A program made the position numbers and the translations under genes. The notes under the pieces are model-generated. The model searched no databases. It was not told the origin of the DNA and was given only the letters and a program-made list of their open reading frames with translations. DNA of 63,153 nt, the filler included, from Hyphochytrium catenoides (lineage: Eukaryota; Protista; Hyphochytriomycota), in assembly GCA_900088475.1 (NCBI GenBank). It is 13 parts of 13 records of this genome, joined end to end, with 100 filler letters (N's around TTAATTAATTAA, not from the genome) between each part and the next. Parts side by side here need not be neighbours in the genome. Positions count along the whole stretch, not along the records: positions 48,943 to 54,859 come from FLMG01003219.1; positions 54,960 to 56,791 come from FLMG01001485.1; positions 56,892 to 60,165 come from FLMG01001351.1; positions 60,266 to 63,153 come from FLMG01003955.1; 9 more parts are not named here. One strand, written 5' to 3'. Shown here piece after piece: positions 49,352 through 61,389 of the stretch; position 1 is the first letter of the stretch, and every line of letters starts with the position of its first letter.

Positions 49352-52300
49352 TCACTGCAAAGTGCCTGGTAAAATAGGACCAAGAAGTTCAGGGGTCCTG
49401 ACCTCTATCAGCTGCTGCTGGCGGATGATATGGCCGGCGTCCGCTAGCTCTTTCTCCCTACAAGCCTCTCCTCCATAGTTTCTCTCTACGGAGACCGGCA
49501 TGTCTAATATAATGCTCTTCTTGCGAGATTTTCGAGCGATGCTTGTTGCACCTTGGATCCCTCCACTCTGCGTTGATATGCCTGCAATAATCATCAGTTT
49601 AGTTTCCGTATGGTCGACTGTGCAACAGTTTGGGTTGCTAATCTTTTTGCGTCGTCTCTCTAGCTAGCTCCCGGACCTTCTTCTCCTCTACATGCTGTGT
49701 ATACACAGTTGGGAGCCGTCTTTCGTACCCACCAAGTTCTTTCATGAGCTCCCGGATACTAGTGACTTCTGGGTCCTCTGCCTGTTTTTTCTGACCGTTT
49801 CTCAGGAGCGCGATGTATGTCTCGGTAGTCTCCTTTTCTAGCTGCTGCTTCAATGTCTGGTTATCCGCAACATCTTCCATTTTCAACCTCCTAAATGAGC
49901 ACCGTGAGCACCAAGGCACTTAGCAATCGAAGTAATTGGCTGATACGAGAGGTTGGCAGAGTACCCACGGAACGAGAAGCGAGAGAGATGAGTAGCAGGC
50001 GCAATAGCAGAAGGGCAGTTAAAACTGCATGGAGATAGCAGCGAAGGGTACGGAGTTCTCCACCAATCACTTCGACAGGAACTTCTGACCTAACAAGCAG
50101 GAAGAGGAGCTGCTTCCTGAAGGTGAAGTTTAGCTTCCTGGGGCCAGACTCCTCTGATTCACTTTTCTCTATCCCTGTTCGGCAGTGCTGCATTGCTTCA
50201 TCAAGCCTCCCCAGGTGACCCTACAAGCCCGCACACCACACAGAGTGGAAAGATGGCGCTGCATCAGAAGACTCGTCTTATGGTGGGAGGACAACATCAA
50301 CAGAAGGAGGTACTCAACAGAACGAGAAGAGAAGCAATAAGCTTCAACTGAAGTCAATACTGGTTAATCTGGACTCAGATCCCAGCACCAGAGAGGATTG
50401 AGAAGGGCATCTTTGAAAAGAGATGCTTGTCTGCTACCTCTGCCTGCGCTGCTCCTAGGAGCGCCTTTAGCGCATATTGGGGGCTGGATGGTGCCGATTT
50501 GAGGTGAAGCTTTGTGTACAAAGTTAGTGCCTCATCACTCCGACCGGCCTGCAGAGCAGTAGAGGCCCACAACTGAAGAGTGACCAGGGTAGAGTGATGG
50601 TCTGGTCCGAGAGATTGTTCCTTCCGAGCGGTCAGAACCCGAAGAACCTGAACAGCATCCGACCATCTGGGTGGGAAAGTGCAAGAAGGCCAGCGTAAAA
50701 AGGTTTAAGAACATGGCCAGGTAGAGCTACGAGCTAAGGAAGACCGAAGCAAAGGAAGAAAGAGGAGAGACCTGAAAGTGAAGTGATTAGAAAGACATGG
50801 ATTCATCCACGGCGATAAACTAGAGCTAAGGCGACAGTCCGGGAAGATATGAAGACAAAGCTTATGCCGTATAGGAGCCAGGAACATCATGCTGAAACGT
50901 ATATGCAGGACATATCTGTGGCATTGTAGGTTGTGTGTATCCTGACAAGTAGTTACCTTGAGCTCTCGGTGAGCAGCTTGGCCAACTCCGTCATGCTCTC
51001 AAACGTCTCTTTGTGGGTGAGCCCCAGATGGCTCTCCTTTCCCCTTATCACGGCCCGGAGCAGGGTCTCTGCCTCAGCAAACTGACCTTGGCTCCTCAGA
51101 AGCTGGACGATCAAGAGATATGTAAGAACATGTCGCTATAGTCTGCCTACTACTACAGTATCAAGCTCTGAGGTTATCAGACGGCCAAGAAGCAAAAAAA
51201 AAACAGATGCTGCTCTCTGTGAAGAGGGCACACATGAGCAAAGCAACAGACCAATCCCTCTTTAGTACCCACTTGAGCGACTGCAGAGAGATAAGATGTC
51301 GTGCTGTACCTGTGCCAAATGCTCAGATGTCTTCAAGACCTCAGCACTTTCTGCTCCATGAACCTTCCGTTGCAGTTTGAGAGTCTTTCTGACCACCACC
51401 TCCGCCTCAGAGAACTTATTCTGGCTGGTGAGGACAGAGGCAAGATTTATGTATATTCCAATGGTCTCTGGGTGAGTGGAGCCCAGCACTTCTTTGCTGA
51501 GATGCAGAGCACGCAGCATGTAAGATTCCGATTCAGGAAGCTTGTTCCTCTCTTTTAGCAGGAGGGCGAGGTTATTCATAGCTATCAGTGTCTCTGGATG
51601 AAGTTCTCCTATTCGCGTGGTCGCCAGTGGCCCGTAAAGGACAGATGAAAGGGGAAGCCGACTAAGTCAGAGCTAGCATTGAAAGGTGAGCTAGTAGTAA
51701 CAGAAACGCGAGCCTTAGAAGAGCCTCTTATTAATAGTGGACGGCGAGGCCAGTGAGAGCGACGATGAGAAGAATATGTTAGGGCTCGCCAAGTGTCCCC
51801 TCACCGGCCGCATGAGACAGAAAGATGAGACAGGGAGCGATTACCTAACGTCTCTTGGGTTCTCACAAGTCCCTTATGCAGGAAAGCCTCTGCCTCCTCA
51901 AGCTTCCCTTCGTCTTGTAGCAGAACGGCTAGATTGTTCAAATGAATAATTGTCTCAGGGTGCCGGCCCCCCAAGAGCTCTTCTGCGTGCTCCAAGATAG
52001 TTCTCTCCACAGTCTCTGCCTCCTGAAGAGATCCCATATCCGTCAAGACCTGGGCTAGGCGATTTTCTATAAAGAGCCGTCGAACCTGCCAATTCCAGGG
52101 ATAAGAAAACTGCCGCTCGGACGCGATCGGAAAGAAGGATAATTGATAAGCATGGCTCAAAGTGAAAGTGGTAAGGGACGATAAAGGAAGAGGGTAGACA
52201 AAGCCTATTGGCGGCGTGTCGCCTCAACATGGCCGAGGGAAGGAAAAGGGGTAAAATGGGCAAGCTATACCTCCTCCTCGAGTGTCAACTGAGCCTTTTG

Positions 52301-54464
52301 GACAAATTCATCTCTTGCTGCTTTCAAGATTCTTTTGGCGTCTTCGGACCTGTGCAAAGCATGCAGCACAGAGGCCAAAATACCATCGTCTAATCTTTTG
52401 ATGTTTGCTTCCCTGTCCTTGGTAATGAGCTCCATTACCATGCTCAGAACTGCGGTCGAGAAAGCCCGCACGTAAATGGCGCTATCGAAAGAGCGCGTTA
52501 CCTACGAAGAGTGAGCGGATTGTTAGGAGGGACTGCCTTTCGCAACAAGAGCAGGCATATAAGTCCTATCCCAACAACGAAAAACACCATCAAGAGATAC
52601 TGGCATGTCCATCGAATTTTGGGACGGCTGGGGAAGGAAGAGAAGCCCTTCCGCCAGAGTGGGGAATGTAACGAAGTAATATGACAAACAGAGGATGATA
52701 GATAGAGTTCAAGGCTTGACGAAAAGAGTGGCCAGGAAAGCTGAGTTCGTACCTTCTTCTCTATGACCCAGCGATAATGGCGGTAACCTTGGTGCTTCAT
52801 GAACTCCCAATACTTCAATAGATGACACTGCACCTCACATACATGGCCATTGACCATCATATTCACCTGCAGAAGCCGCAAGTCATGGAGAAGTTTCTTT
52901 AGAAACGTTGTGTCGAATAAGTGGTGCATCTTCTCCCCCTTCCACCCCCCAACGCTTGTCAATAAACAACTTGCGGAACCTCCTAGACCGTAGGCACTCC
53001 GAAAACCTCAACGGCGCTGATGGCTGAGGAATGGAATCTCCGCACTCTCACGTAATCAACTTTTCATTGTGTTCTCTGGCAAGGAAAGCTGAACCTTAAA
53101 GAACAAAACCGTGGTCTTCTCCCGTCGGCGGAGCCTATTAGGCATAGACTTACTTTAACATCTCGATATCCACCTGGGATGCAAACTCCAATGAAAGAGT
53201 TCTTCACCCTCGCCACGGTGAGACTAAGCTCTTTACCGTCTTCTGTTCGAACCATTCGTTGACTCGAATGCTCTGGTGATAGGAGAATCTCTACCGCCTG
53301 AGTTAAGCTAGGAAGATCCTACGCGATGAAGAAACACCAATCAAGCAAGCCAAAGGTGGCCATTGTAAGCGGTTGAAACTTCGAAGCAATGCGACCATGA
53401 GGAGCGACGAAAGTAGTCGAACGGGGAGTGATGTAAATAGCGGGTAATATTGATTGAGAAAGAAAGAGAGATGAGACGAGAGAGAGAGAAGAGGCGAGTG
53501 AGAGAGGAGCTTGAAGGAGAGAGAGAGAGAGAGGCGAGAGAGACATTGAAAGAGAGATAAGACAGAAGAGGGAACTAGTGGCTCTGCCTGAAAGTGACAC
53601 CTTGAAGACTATCGATCCCCGGACGATGTCAATGATCCTGCCTAGATCTCCTCCATAGTCTTCCTCTGCTTTCTCTATTGCTCTCTCCTTCGTCTTATCA
53701 GGAGCCATCCATACTTCAGTCACCCCTTCCAAGGACTTTGAGCACTCCTGCAAGAACTTCTCCAATATAGGTCGCGCCTGAAAGAGACGCACGTGAGGAT
53801 CCATAGATAACGATTGTCAGAGAGAGAGAGCGTGTAGAAATAAGAGTTGGAGAAAGAGTTAAATGATGGACGCTAAAGGAGAACAGGGTGAGGAACCGCT
53901 TGGAACCAACTTGTTCTAGACTGCCCTGCTCAGTTCTAGTTTGCTTTACCTCCTTCCCGGACTCGAAGACCTTATCGACGGTCCTGAAGGGCGAGTCTGT
54001 GTCATTTCTGTGACAGGTCGGCTCTTCCCCATCTCGATCATCCTCCGCAGAGATGCCTGCCAAGCTGCATCGTCGGAGCACTGGTCCTACAACTTGGAGT
54101 TAAGACAGGAAGGCTGACAATCGGTACACCTCCTTCCGCCCACCTGAAAGCTGAGTGCTGCGCGAACGGCGAAGCATCCTCTTTCTTGACTCTGCCTCAG
54201 GGGTGACAGCCATTGCCGCGAGGTTCATTATATCGTTGAACTGGCCTTCACGCTGCATTCTGCGATACATGGCATCGTAGATTATCTGACCAAACTGCAC
54301 GGTAGAGCCTGGAAGGGAGAAGGGGACGTTTACTTCTTAGCTCCTCTGTATGCACTCCATTTGCTCTTTGTAGTACCTTCAACAAGAAGCCGTAGACAGT
54401 GCTCCGCTTGGCTCTGGATTGGGTCTTCCTGTTCGGGTTCGAAAGCCTTCACGACATCCACCAT
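49352..54464 (-). CDS. RelA/SpoT-like nucleotidyltransferase (alarmone synthetase-type) fused to kinesin-light-chain-type TPR repeats, more than 10 exons
   Basis: Spliced NTase domain (exons about 53780-53601, 53318-53154, 52867-52753): KTKERAIEKAEEDYGGDLGRIIDIVRGSIVF...RVKNSF...GGYRDVKVN...CEVQCHL...HQGYRHY. About 6-8 TPRs follow (LGGRHPETIIHLNNLAVLLQDEGKLEEAE, HPETLIAMNNLALLL, LGSTHPETIGIYINLASVL, LGPDHHSTL). The 3' end is uncertain (50375 or as far as about 49352). Confidence 0.78.
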
Positions 54465-54967
54465 ACTAGCTGATAAGTCCTTAGAATCAAGGAAGGATTA
54501 GAGGCAAACTCTTCAATTTGATGATGCTTCTATAGCAGCGAGCATTGGGTGGCTCAGTGTGCTTCCTCTTGATGTTGCTGATAGCAACAGACCATCTGCT
54601 GCTTTATCATGGCTGCTGATGGCGACAAAGATAGCCGGTATTGATGAAGAACCCAGGGCTCTCTAGCAGCAGTATAGCTGCAGGCAATATCTAGCTTCTT
54701 ACATTGGCCTTGGACTATCTCAGAATGATGGAACTGCCAACCAAGAGATAGAACGAGGGAACGAGTTCGACCTAATGATATACGTCGTCGCCTCCCTAGC
54801 TACCTGCTCCTCCTCTTCACCATCCATCCGGGCAGGAGCCTCTCGGTGATCTCCCTGTTNNNNNNNNNNNNNNNNNNNNNNNNNNNNNNNNNNNNNNNNN
54901 NNNTTAATTAATTAANNNNNNNNNNNNNNNNNNNNNNNNNNNNNNNNNNNNNNNNNNNNGAGAGAGG

Positions 54968-55000
<33 letters not shown>

Positions 55001-55461
55001 GAGAGAGAGCAAGAAAAGCCAGAAGAGAGGGTTACAGTCAACATAGTACCCAGGAGAAAAGGCTCAGAACGCCATGCTAAAGCCACTGAACGTACGACGG
55101 GAAGGAGTCACGGACCTCGTTCTTTAAGTGAGGGATCTTTTACTCCTTCCTCCTCTCTTCGTTCTTCCTTGCTGCTTCTTCTTCCCTCTCTCCTTTCTCT
55201 ATTGCTCATCATTGTTCAAGTTTCCACGGCTTCCACACACTCGCTTCGTCCAGACCTCAATAGGAAATCACGCTTACCTTCTGAGAGCGACAGCAGAACG
55301 AGGCCAATAAGAGACAAGACCTTTGCTTCTGTGACTCTTTTTAATAGCAGCTCCCAGCACCGGCAGCAACCTACCAGCCGCCGTCGTACATCCCTTTGGC
55401 CCTGCCAGCACGGAGAAACCCATATCGAGACGACAGGAAAACGCAGAAGAAGGAAGGAAGA

Positions 55462-55957
55462 ATGCAGTTCAAAGGTCGCCGCAGTTCTTCCCGCGCTGTC
55501 ACTCTGTTGGGAGCTCTATTCGCCGCAGCTACCGCGGGACTGCTCCTGATCACGCCTCCTACCTTTGGAGCTGCTCTAGCACAGCCCGCTGCTGAGGTTA
55601 CCGGCGGGGGAGCTCCTGGTGGCTACGGCGCCACTCGAGGAGAGTGCGGCCGGTGCATGGGACGATGCCCTTGCTAATTCTTTGGAGGAGGTCAATGAAG
55701 AGGGAACTGCCCTCCGAGGACGAGGTCTCCAGCAGCTGCGTCAGTGCTCACAGAAATTTAATTGCGAGAATGTGAGCGGCCCTTCTGACCACGTACGCTA
55801 CAGCGCGAGACCTTGGAAAGGTTGCAGCTGTCGCCAACAAGATCCACGGTATATGAATGCATGCGTGATGCGAAAGCGTCAGCCGGTGAGGGTATCCTGC
55901 TTAGACCCGCAGGGGCGACGCTCCCTAAAGACGTTACAATGCTTTATCGCATGTTAG
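55462..55957 (+). CDS. Small secreted Cys-rich prepropeptide (one apparent frameshift at the G-run 55606-55610)
   Basis: Signal-like AVTLLGALFAAATAGLLLI, acidic pro-region, LRGRGLQ, then an 8-Cys domain. Removing one G joins ORFs 55396-55677 and 55619-55957. Confidence 0.6.
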
Positions 55958-56512
55958 TCTGATGGTGAGCGCAGACAGGAGAGAGAGAGAGAAGAAGAAG
56001 AAGTTTCTAGCTCTTTTCTTGCTGACAAGCGCTCTCCTTAGCGAAAGATAACTTTATGTATGATTCTTCACGGGAGAGAGAGAGAAACGCTCAGTTGGCA
56101 GCCGGGCGTATCCGCTTTTTACTACCCGCAACGATGACGGAGCGAGAGAAAGAGAGGAAAGCGGAACTGGGAAAGAGAGGGAGAGAAAGAGAGAGAAAGA
56201 TGGAGGAAAAAAACAGAGGAGACAGAGAGAGAGAGAGAAGAAGAAGAACAGACCAGGCTGGTAGATCTTAACATAGCATTACATTGACCTATAGCTTATG
56301 GTTAATAGCAGACGATACTACGCGGCTGGACAAAACGACGCAACGGAAGAAGAGAAAGAGTCCGAATAGATGAAAGAGGGAAAGCAGACAAGCAACAAAA
56401 AGACACAGAAAGAAGAGAGAACAGGGCACTGACTCACAGAAGGAAATGTGAGAAGTTCCCCTCCTCAACCTCTCTCTCTCTTTCTTCCCTAAATCCTTGC
56501 TTTCCAGTCTTC

Positions 56513-56791
56513 CTAGTTCATATCGAAGAAGCTGCGGAGAAAGCGCTGCTGCTGCTTGGCATTGTTATTGTTCTTTCCTCCTCTCCTCTTCCCCTTGTTG
56601 TTCCTCTTCCCGCGTCTCTTTCCTCGTCTCTTCCCTCCTTTCTTCCCTTGTCCTTTCTTTCGGAACTTTCTTCTCTTCCCATTGCGCTTCTTCCCCTTTC
56701 TTCTCCTTTTCTGGCGTCTCTTCCTCGCCGCCTGGGTCGCAGGCTGCGTCGTAGCTGCTGCTGGAGCTTCTGTGGCCGCTGCTTCTGTCAC
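56513..56791 (-). CDS. 3' end of a protein with Thr/Ala-rich linker and polybasic Lys/Arg/Gly tail (5' lost)
   Basis: TEAAATEAPAAATTQP, then RKRRQKRRRKGKK...RFLRSFFDMN*. Codons are varied, so this is not a simple microsatellite. Confidence 0.55.
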   Translation of the reverse strand: MTEAAATEAPAAATTQPATQAARKRRQKRRRKGKKRNGKRRKFRKKGQGKKGGKRRGKRRGKRNNKGKRRGGKNNNNAKQQQRFLRSFFDMN

Positions 56792-56905
56792 NNNNNNNNN
56801 NNNNNNNNNNNNNNNNNNNNNNNNNNNNNNNNNNNTTAATTAATTAANNNNNNNNNNNNNNNNNNNNNNNNNNNNNNNNNNNNNNNNNNNNTCTCTGTCT
56901 CTCTC

Positions 56906-56947
<42 letters not shown>

Positions 56948-57138
56948 CGCTCTCCCTCTCTCTCTCACACTCCTCTCTTAGATCTGTAGCGTCCCCTTCT
57001 CCCATCAAATCAAACTCCCGCCGTCCGAAAATCAACCGCTTAACTCTCTGTTGAAGTTAAGTGAGCGATTCAGTTTGCCGAAAATAGACCGCCTATTCCC
57101 TTCTCTCCTCCCCATCAACTTTCTGGTTGTTGGTTCTT

Positions 57139-57190
<52 letters not shown>

Positions 57191-57557
57191 CTCTCTCCTC
57201 TCTCTCTCTCTCTCCGCTCCAGCAATGCTCTCTATCCAAAACCTTGCGCGGTGCTGTCCCTTGCTCTCTCGTTCTTTCTTGCCTCTCGAAGTAAGAGACG
57301 GCGATCTGAGTTCAGGAAAGCGAGAGAGACACACACATACAGACAGATTTTCTCACCTGGGTTTCCCGCCATATCTTCCGCCTCGAAGTGTCTCTCTTGG
57401 CGACACCATCTCTCCTCTCCTTCGCACCCAGGTCTCTGCAGATTGAACGCTTGATAGAAAGAAGAGTAAGCAGCGAGCGAGTCAAAGAGTGAGAGAGAGA
57501 GACAGAGACATATAGAAGTCCTTCTCCGGGAGGAGAGTAGAGACGAGACGCGGGAGG

Positions 57558-58598
57558 ATGGACTCGGAGCAGGTTATGGAGAGGACCGGGATGGGCGTTA
57601 TGGTGAGTGCAAAGGGGAGAGAAGCGAGACAGAGAGAGAGAGAGAGAGGCAGAGAGAGAGAGAGAGGCAGAGAGAGGCAGAGAGAGAGAGAGAGCCTCTC
57701 TGGTCGTTATCCTTGTTCTGCCCCTTCTCCGCGCTGGATAGTTGCTCCTCTCTCTCCTTTGGCCTTTGCCTTTTTCCCTCTCTCTCTTCGTCCGTGGGTC
57801 TTTCTCCTTCTCTTCTTTCTCTCTCTGTCTCTCTCTCTCTGCTTCTCTTCTGTACTTTTTTCGCTGACCACTCCGTTGCCCGTGTTAGAAGCAGGAACCG
57901 CAGAGCCGTGGCTTTCTCTCGGCGCTCCTGGTAAGATCTCTCGCCGTCTTCTTACACTTAGCCTTTGGACGGCTGACTCAAAGCTTCTTCCTTTACTCTA
58001 ATCCCTCTCATTTCTTTCTTTCTCTCTCTCTCTCTCTCTCTTTCTATCTTTCTTTCTCTCTCTCTCTCTCCCTCTTGTTCATGCTTAGGCTGGAGGTATG
58101 GCGGGCACCGCTGTAGATGTTGCGCTCTTCCCTTTGGACACACTGAAGACGCGGCTGCAGTCTCCGCAGGGCTTCTTCAAGGCGGGAGGCTTCTCAGGCA
58201 TTTATAGAGGACTCTCAGCCGCAGCAGCGGGCTCCGCGCCGGGAGGTGAGCTAGCGAGAGAGCTAGACGGCGTTGCCTCTTCTCCCACTTTGTTCCTCTA
58301 CTTCCTGGCGCAAAGCGCGCTCTCTTCTGGCCGCCTCCCGTACGCGCCACGCTCTCTGCCTCGGTCGCTCTCTCATTTCTGTCTTTCTCTTTATAAGCTC
58401 TCTCGCTCCCGCTCTCTCTTTCTCTCTCTTTCTCAGTCTCGATCTCTGACAGTTCCAACTCTTTCTGACCTCATCTTTCTCTTCTGAGGTGTCTGTCATT
58501 AGACACATCAATTATCCTCTTTCTCTAAAAGGACTACTCACCACCAACCCGTCCTTTCTCTCTCCCGCGCTGCCCCTTGCTCTCTCTTTCCTCTGCTC

Positions 58599-58633
<35 letters not shown>

Positions 58634-60165
58634 ACTCTCTCTCTTTCTCCCTCTCTCTCTCTCTTTCTCTCTCCGCACCGTTGCCTCTCACTCTACTCGG
58701 CTCTCACTATGCAGCGGCTCTCTTCTTCAGTACTTATGAGACGGTGAAAGGGCTGGGGCAGCCCCTATTTCAGCCGCATCAGGACCATCTCCTTCACATG
58801 TCAGCAGCAGCCTTTGGAGAGACAGTAGGGCCGGGGCACTCTCTTTTCTTCTTCTCAACGTGTTTTTTTGCATCGTTTGCGTTGCTTCCCGCTCTCTCTC
58901 CGCCTGCCAATCTTCCCCATGGCCTCATAGCCTCTCTGTTGAAGTTGCTTCTGGAAGAGAGTTGAGCCGCTGTTTGTCTCCTCTCCCTCCTTCTCTCTCT
59001 CTCCATCCCTCCCAACCCCCTTCCTTTTCTCTCTCGCTCGTTCACTCTGTGCCTCTTTCTGTTTGCGCCATAGTCTCTTGCCTTGTTCCTTCCTGGTAAT
59101 GTCACTCCCCTCTCTCTCTCTCTCTCTCTCTCACACTCTCTGTCTGTCTGTGTCTCTCTCTCTACTTCTCAGGCCGCTTGTTTAGTCCGCTGCCCCACGG
59201 AGGTCGTGAAGCAGCGGATGCAGACCGGCATGTACAACTCTATGGGAGTGGCGGTTCGGACGATTCTCAAACAGGAAGGCCTTTCGGGCCTCTTTACAGG
59301 CTACGGGACCATGATCATGAGAGAGGCAAGACCACTATTGATGCCCTTGCACAGGCTCTCTTTCTCTCTCTCTCTCTCTCCCTTTGCTAACCACCTTTTC
59401 TCAACTTTCTGCAGCTCTTCGTGGCCTCCTTCACCCTCTCTCTCCCCCTCTCTCTGTCTCTCTCATGAGCCTTCTGACCATGTGACAGTCTATCACGTCT
59501 ACGGCTCTAACGCAGTGCTTCCCTCTCCTCAGATCCCGTTCTCCTTTATCCAGTTTCCTTTGTGGGAAGGAATGAAGGTAAGACCGTCAAGACGAGCACC
59601 GAGAACTGGGTGGACTGACTGCCAGGCCTCTCTCTCTCTCTCTCTCTCTTCTTTTGTCCCCGGGTCAATCTATTCCTGGTAGAAACAATGGAGCGCGTAC
59701 CAGCAGGAGCCTGTGAGCTCCCTCCAAGGAGCGATCTGTGGGTCGACGGCCGGAGCCATCGCCGCTGCTGTGACAACTCCTTTGGACGTGGTGAAGACAA
59801 GGCTCATGCTCGGCAAGGTGAAAGGCTTTGTCTGGTCTTATTAGCTGATTCTCACCCGCACGCCTTGCAAGCGTTCTTTCTCTGTTTGTCTATGTTTGGC
59901 CAAGGTCCTAGCCGCCCCCGCCTTGACAGTCTCCTATGGGCTTCATTGTTCATCCCGCCTCTGTTCTCTCTGCCTCTTCTCTCTCTTCACTCTCTCTCTC
60001 TCCCCTCCCCTCTCTCTCTCTCTTCCGCTCTATGCCACTTTCTCTCTCTTTGTTGCTCTCTCTATCTCTGTCTCTCCCCTCCCTCCTGTGACATACACTG
60101 ACTGCATTCCTCCTCGGTTGTCTCTTGAAGGACCCTCGGGGAGTTCCCTACCGCGGGATGCTGGA
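57558..60165 (+). CDS. SLC25A26: Mitochondrial S-adenosylmethionine carrier (SLC25A26/PET8), multi-exon, 3' truncated
   Basis: [69 protein letters not shown] and [16 protein letters not shown] give three carrier signature repeats. Confidence 0.93.
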
Positions 60166-60399
60166 NNNNNNNNNNNNNNNNNNNNNNNNNNNNNNNNNNN
60201 NNNNNNNNNTTAATTAATTAANNNNNNNNNNNNNNNNNNNNNNNNNNNNNNNNNNNNNNNNNNNNTGCTTCTCCTTCTCTCTCTCGTTCTGCAGCTCCCC
60301 TCTCGTCCCCTGCACCGTCTGCTGTCTCTGTAGGTAGTGCTGGCGGTGCTACGGCAGAGAAGGAGAAAGAGAACTAGGAGGATTTGAGAGACACGGGAA

Positions 60400-61348
60400 G
60401 AGGAGAGCATAATCGCTGACAAGAGACACATCTGTGCCTGTCAAAAAAGTAAAAGATAAATAACATAAGAGGAGGCCTTGATTCTTTTCCCTCTCTCTCT
60501 CTCTCTCCTCCCTTTCTGCCGCCATGCCTGCGCCTTGGTCCTGCTGTCGGATCAGACAGAGAGAGGAGAAGCTGCGTCCTGCCGCCATCGTCATAGCAAC
60601 TTAGTCACAAGGGCTGAGAGACACATAGATCTCTGAAGAGCAGAGAGACAAAGATCTCTGGAACGAGACGCTTTATCTCCTTGAAGTATGCAGAAGTGGT
60701 CGAAGATAGAGAGAGGGACCAAAGGAACCTGGTAATGAAGGAAAGAGAGAACCAATTGGCGAGAGAGAGACAAAGGGACAGACTTGCACTTCTTTTAGCC
60801 GCCTGAGGTCTTCGGGCCACGTCTACGGAGACCCAGGCCTCCTTCTCCGAACGACGTAGCATCCGGGGACGACGGCTCGTTCTCTGTCTCGCTCACTTTG
60901 ATTTGGTTATGCTTTTCTTGATCAATTCCTTCGTCATCTTTCTTTCCGGTGATCACTGGCAGTCCTTCCTCTCTTTTCTCAGTCATTTTGCGCGTTGAGA
61001 CGCGTATGGGAAGAGTCTTCCTTCTCCTCACAAGAGGAGAGACTTTCTCCTGCCTAAGAATCTCGGTAAGTCGAAGTACTATCTCTGTTTTGATGGTGTT
61101 GGCCGCTTGTCGGCCGTGCGTCTGAGAGAGAAGAACGTGCGCCAGAAAGCGATGAGGTCCTTCCACGTCATACCAGAGCCTGAAGGGCAAGTCCATTAAC
61201 AGAATGGCACCAGGAAATCAGAAACGACAAAGGGACAAAGAAATTTAAAGAAAAAAGAAGACAGAAAAAGATAGATAGAACGAGACAGAAGAGAGAGAGA
61301 GTGAACTTACTACAGAGAGTCTGCGAGGAAGAGCGATAGGAGGAGAGA

Positions 61349-61389
<41 letters not shown>

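Noticed and set aside
4452-60265. Recurrent TTAATTAATTAA between N runs as a regulatory or CRISPR-like repeat
   Set aside because: It is an artificial six-frame-stop contig spacer. Gene neighbourhoods across these points (e.g. SWEET / RelA-TPR / secreted peptide) are not evidence of linkage.
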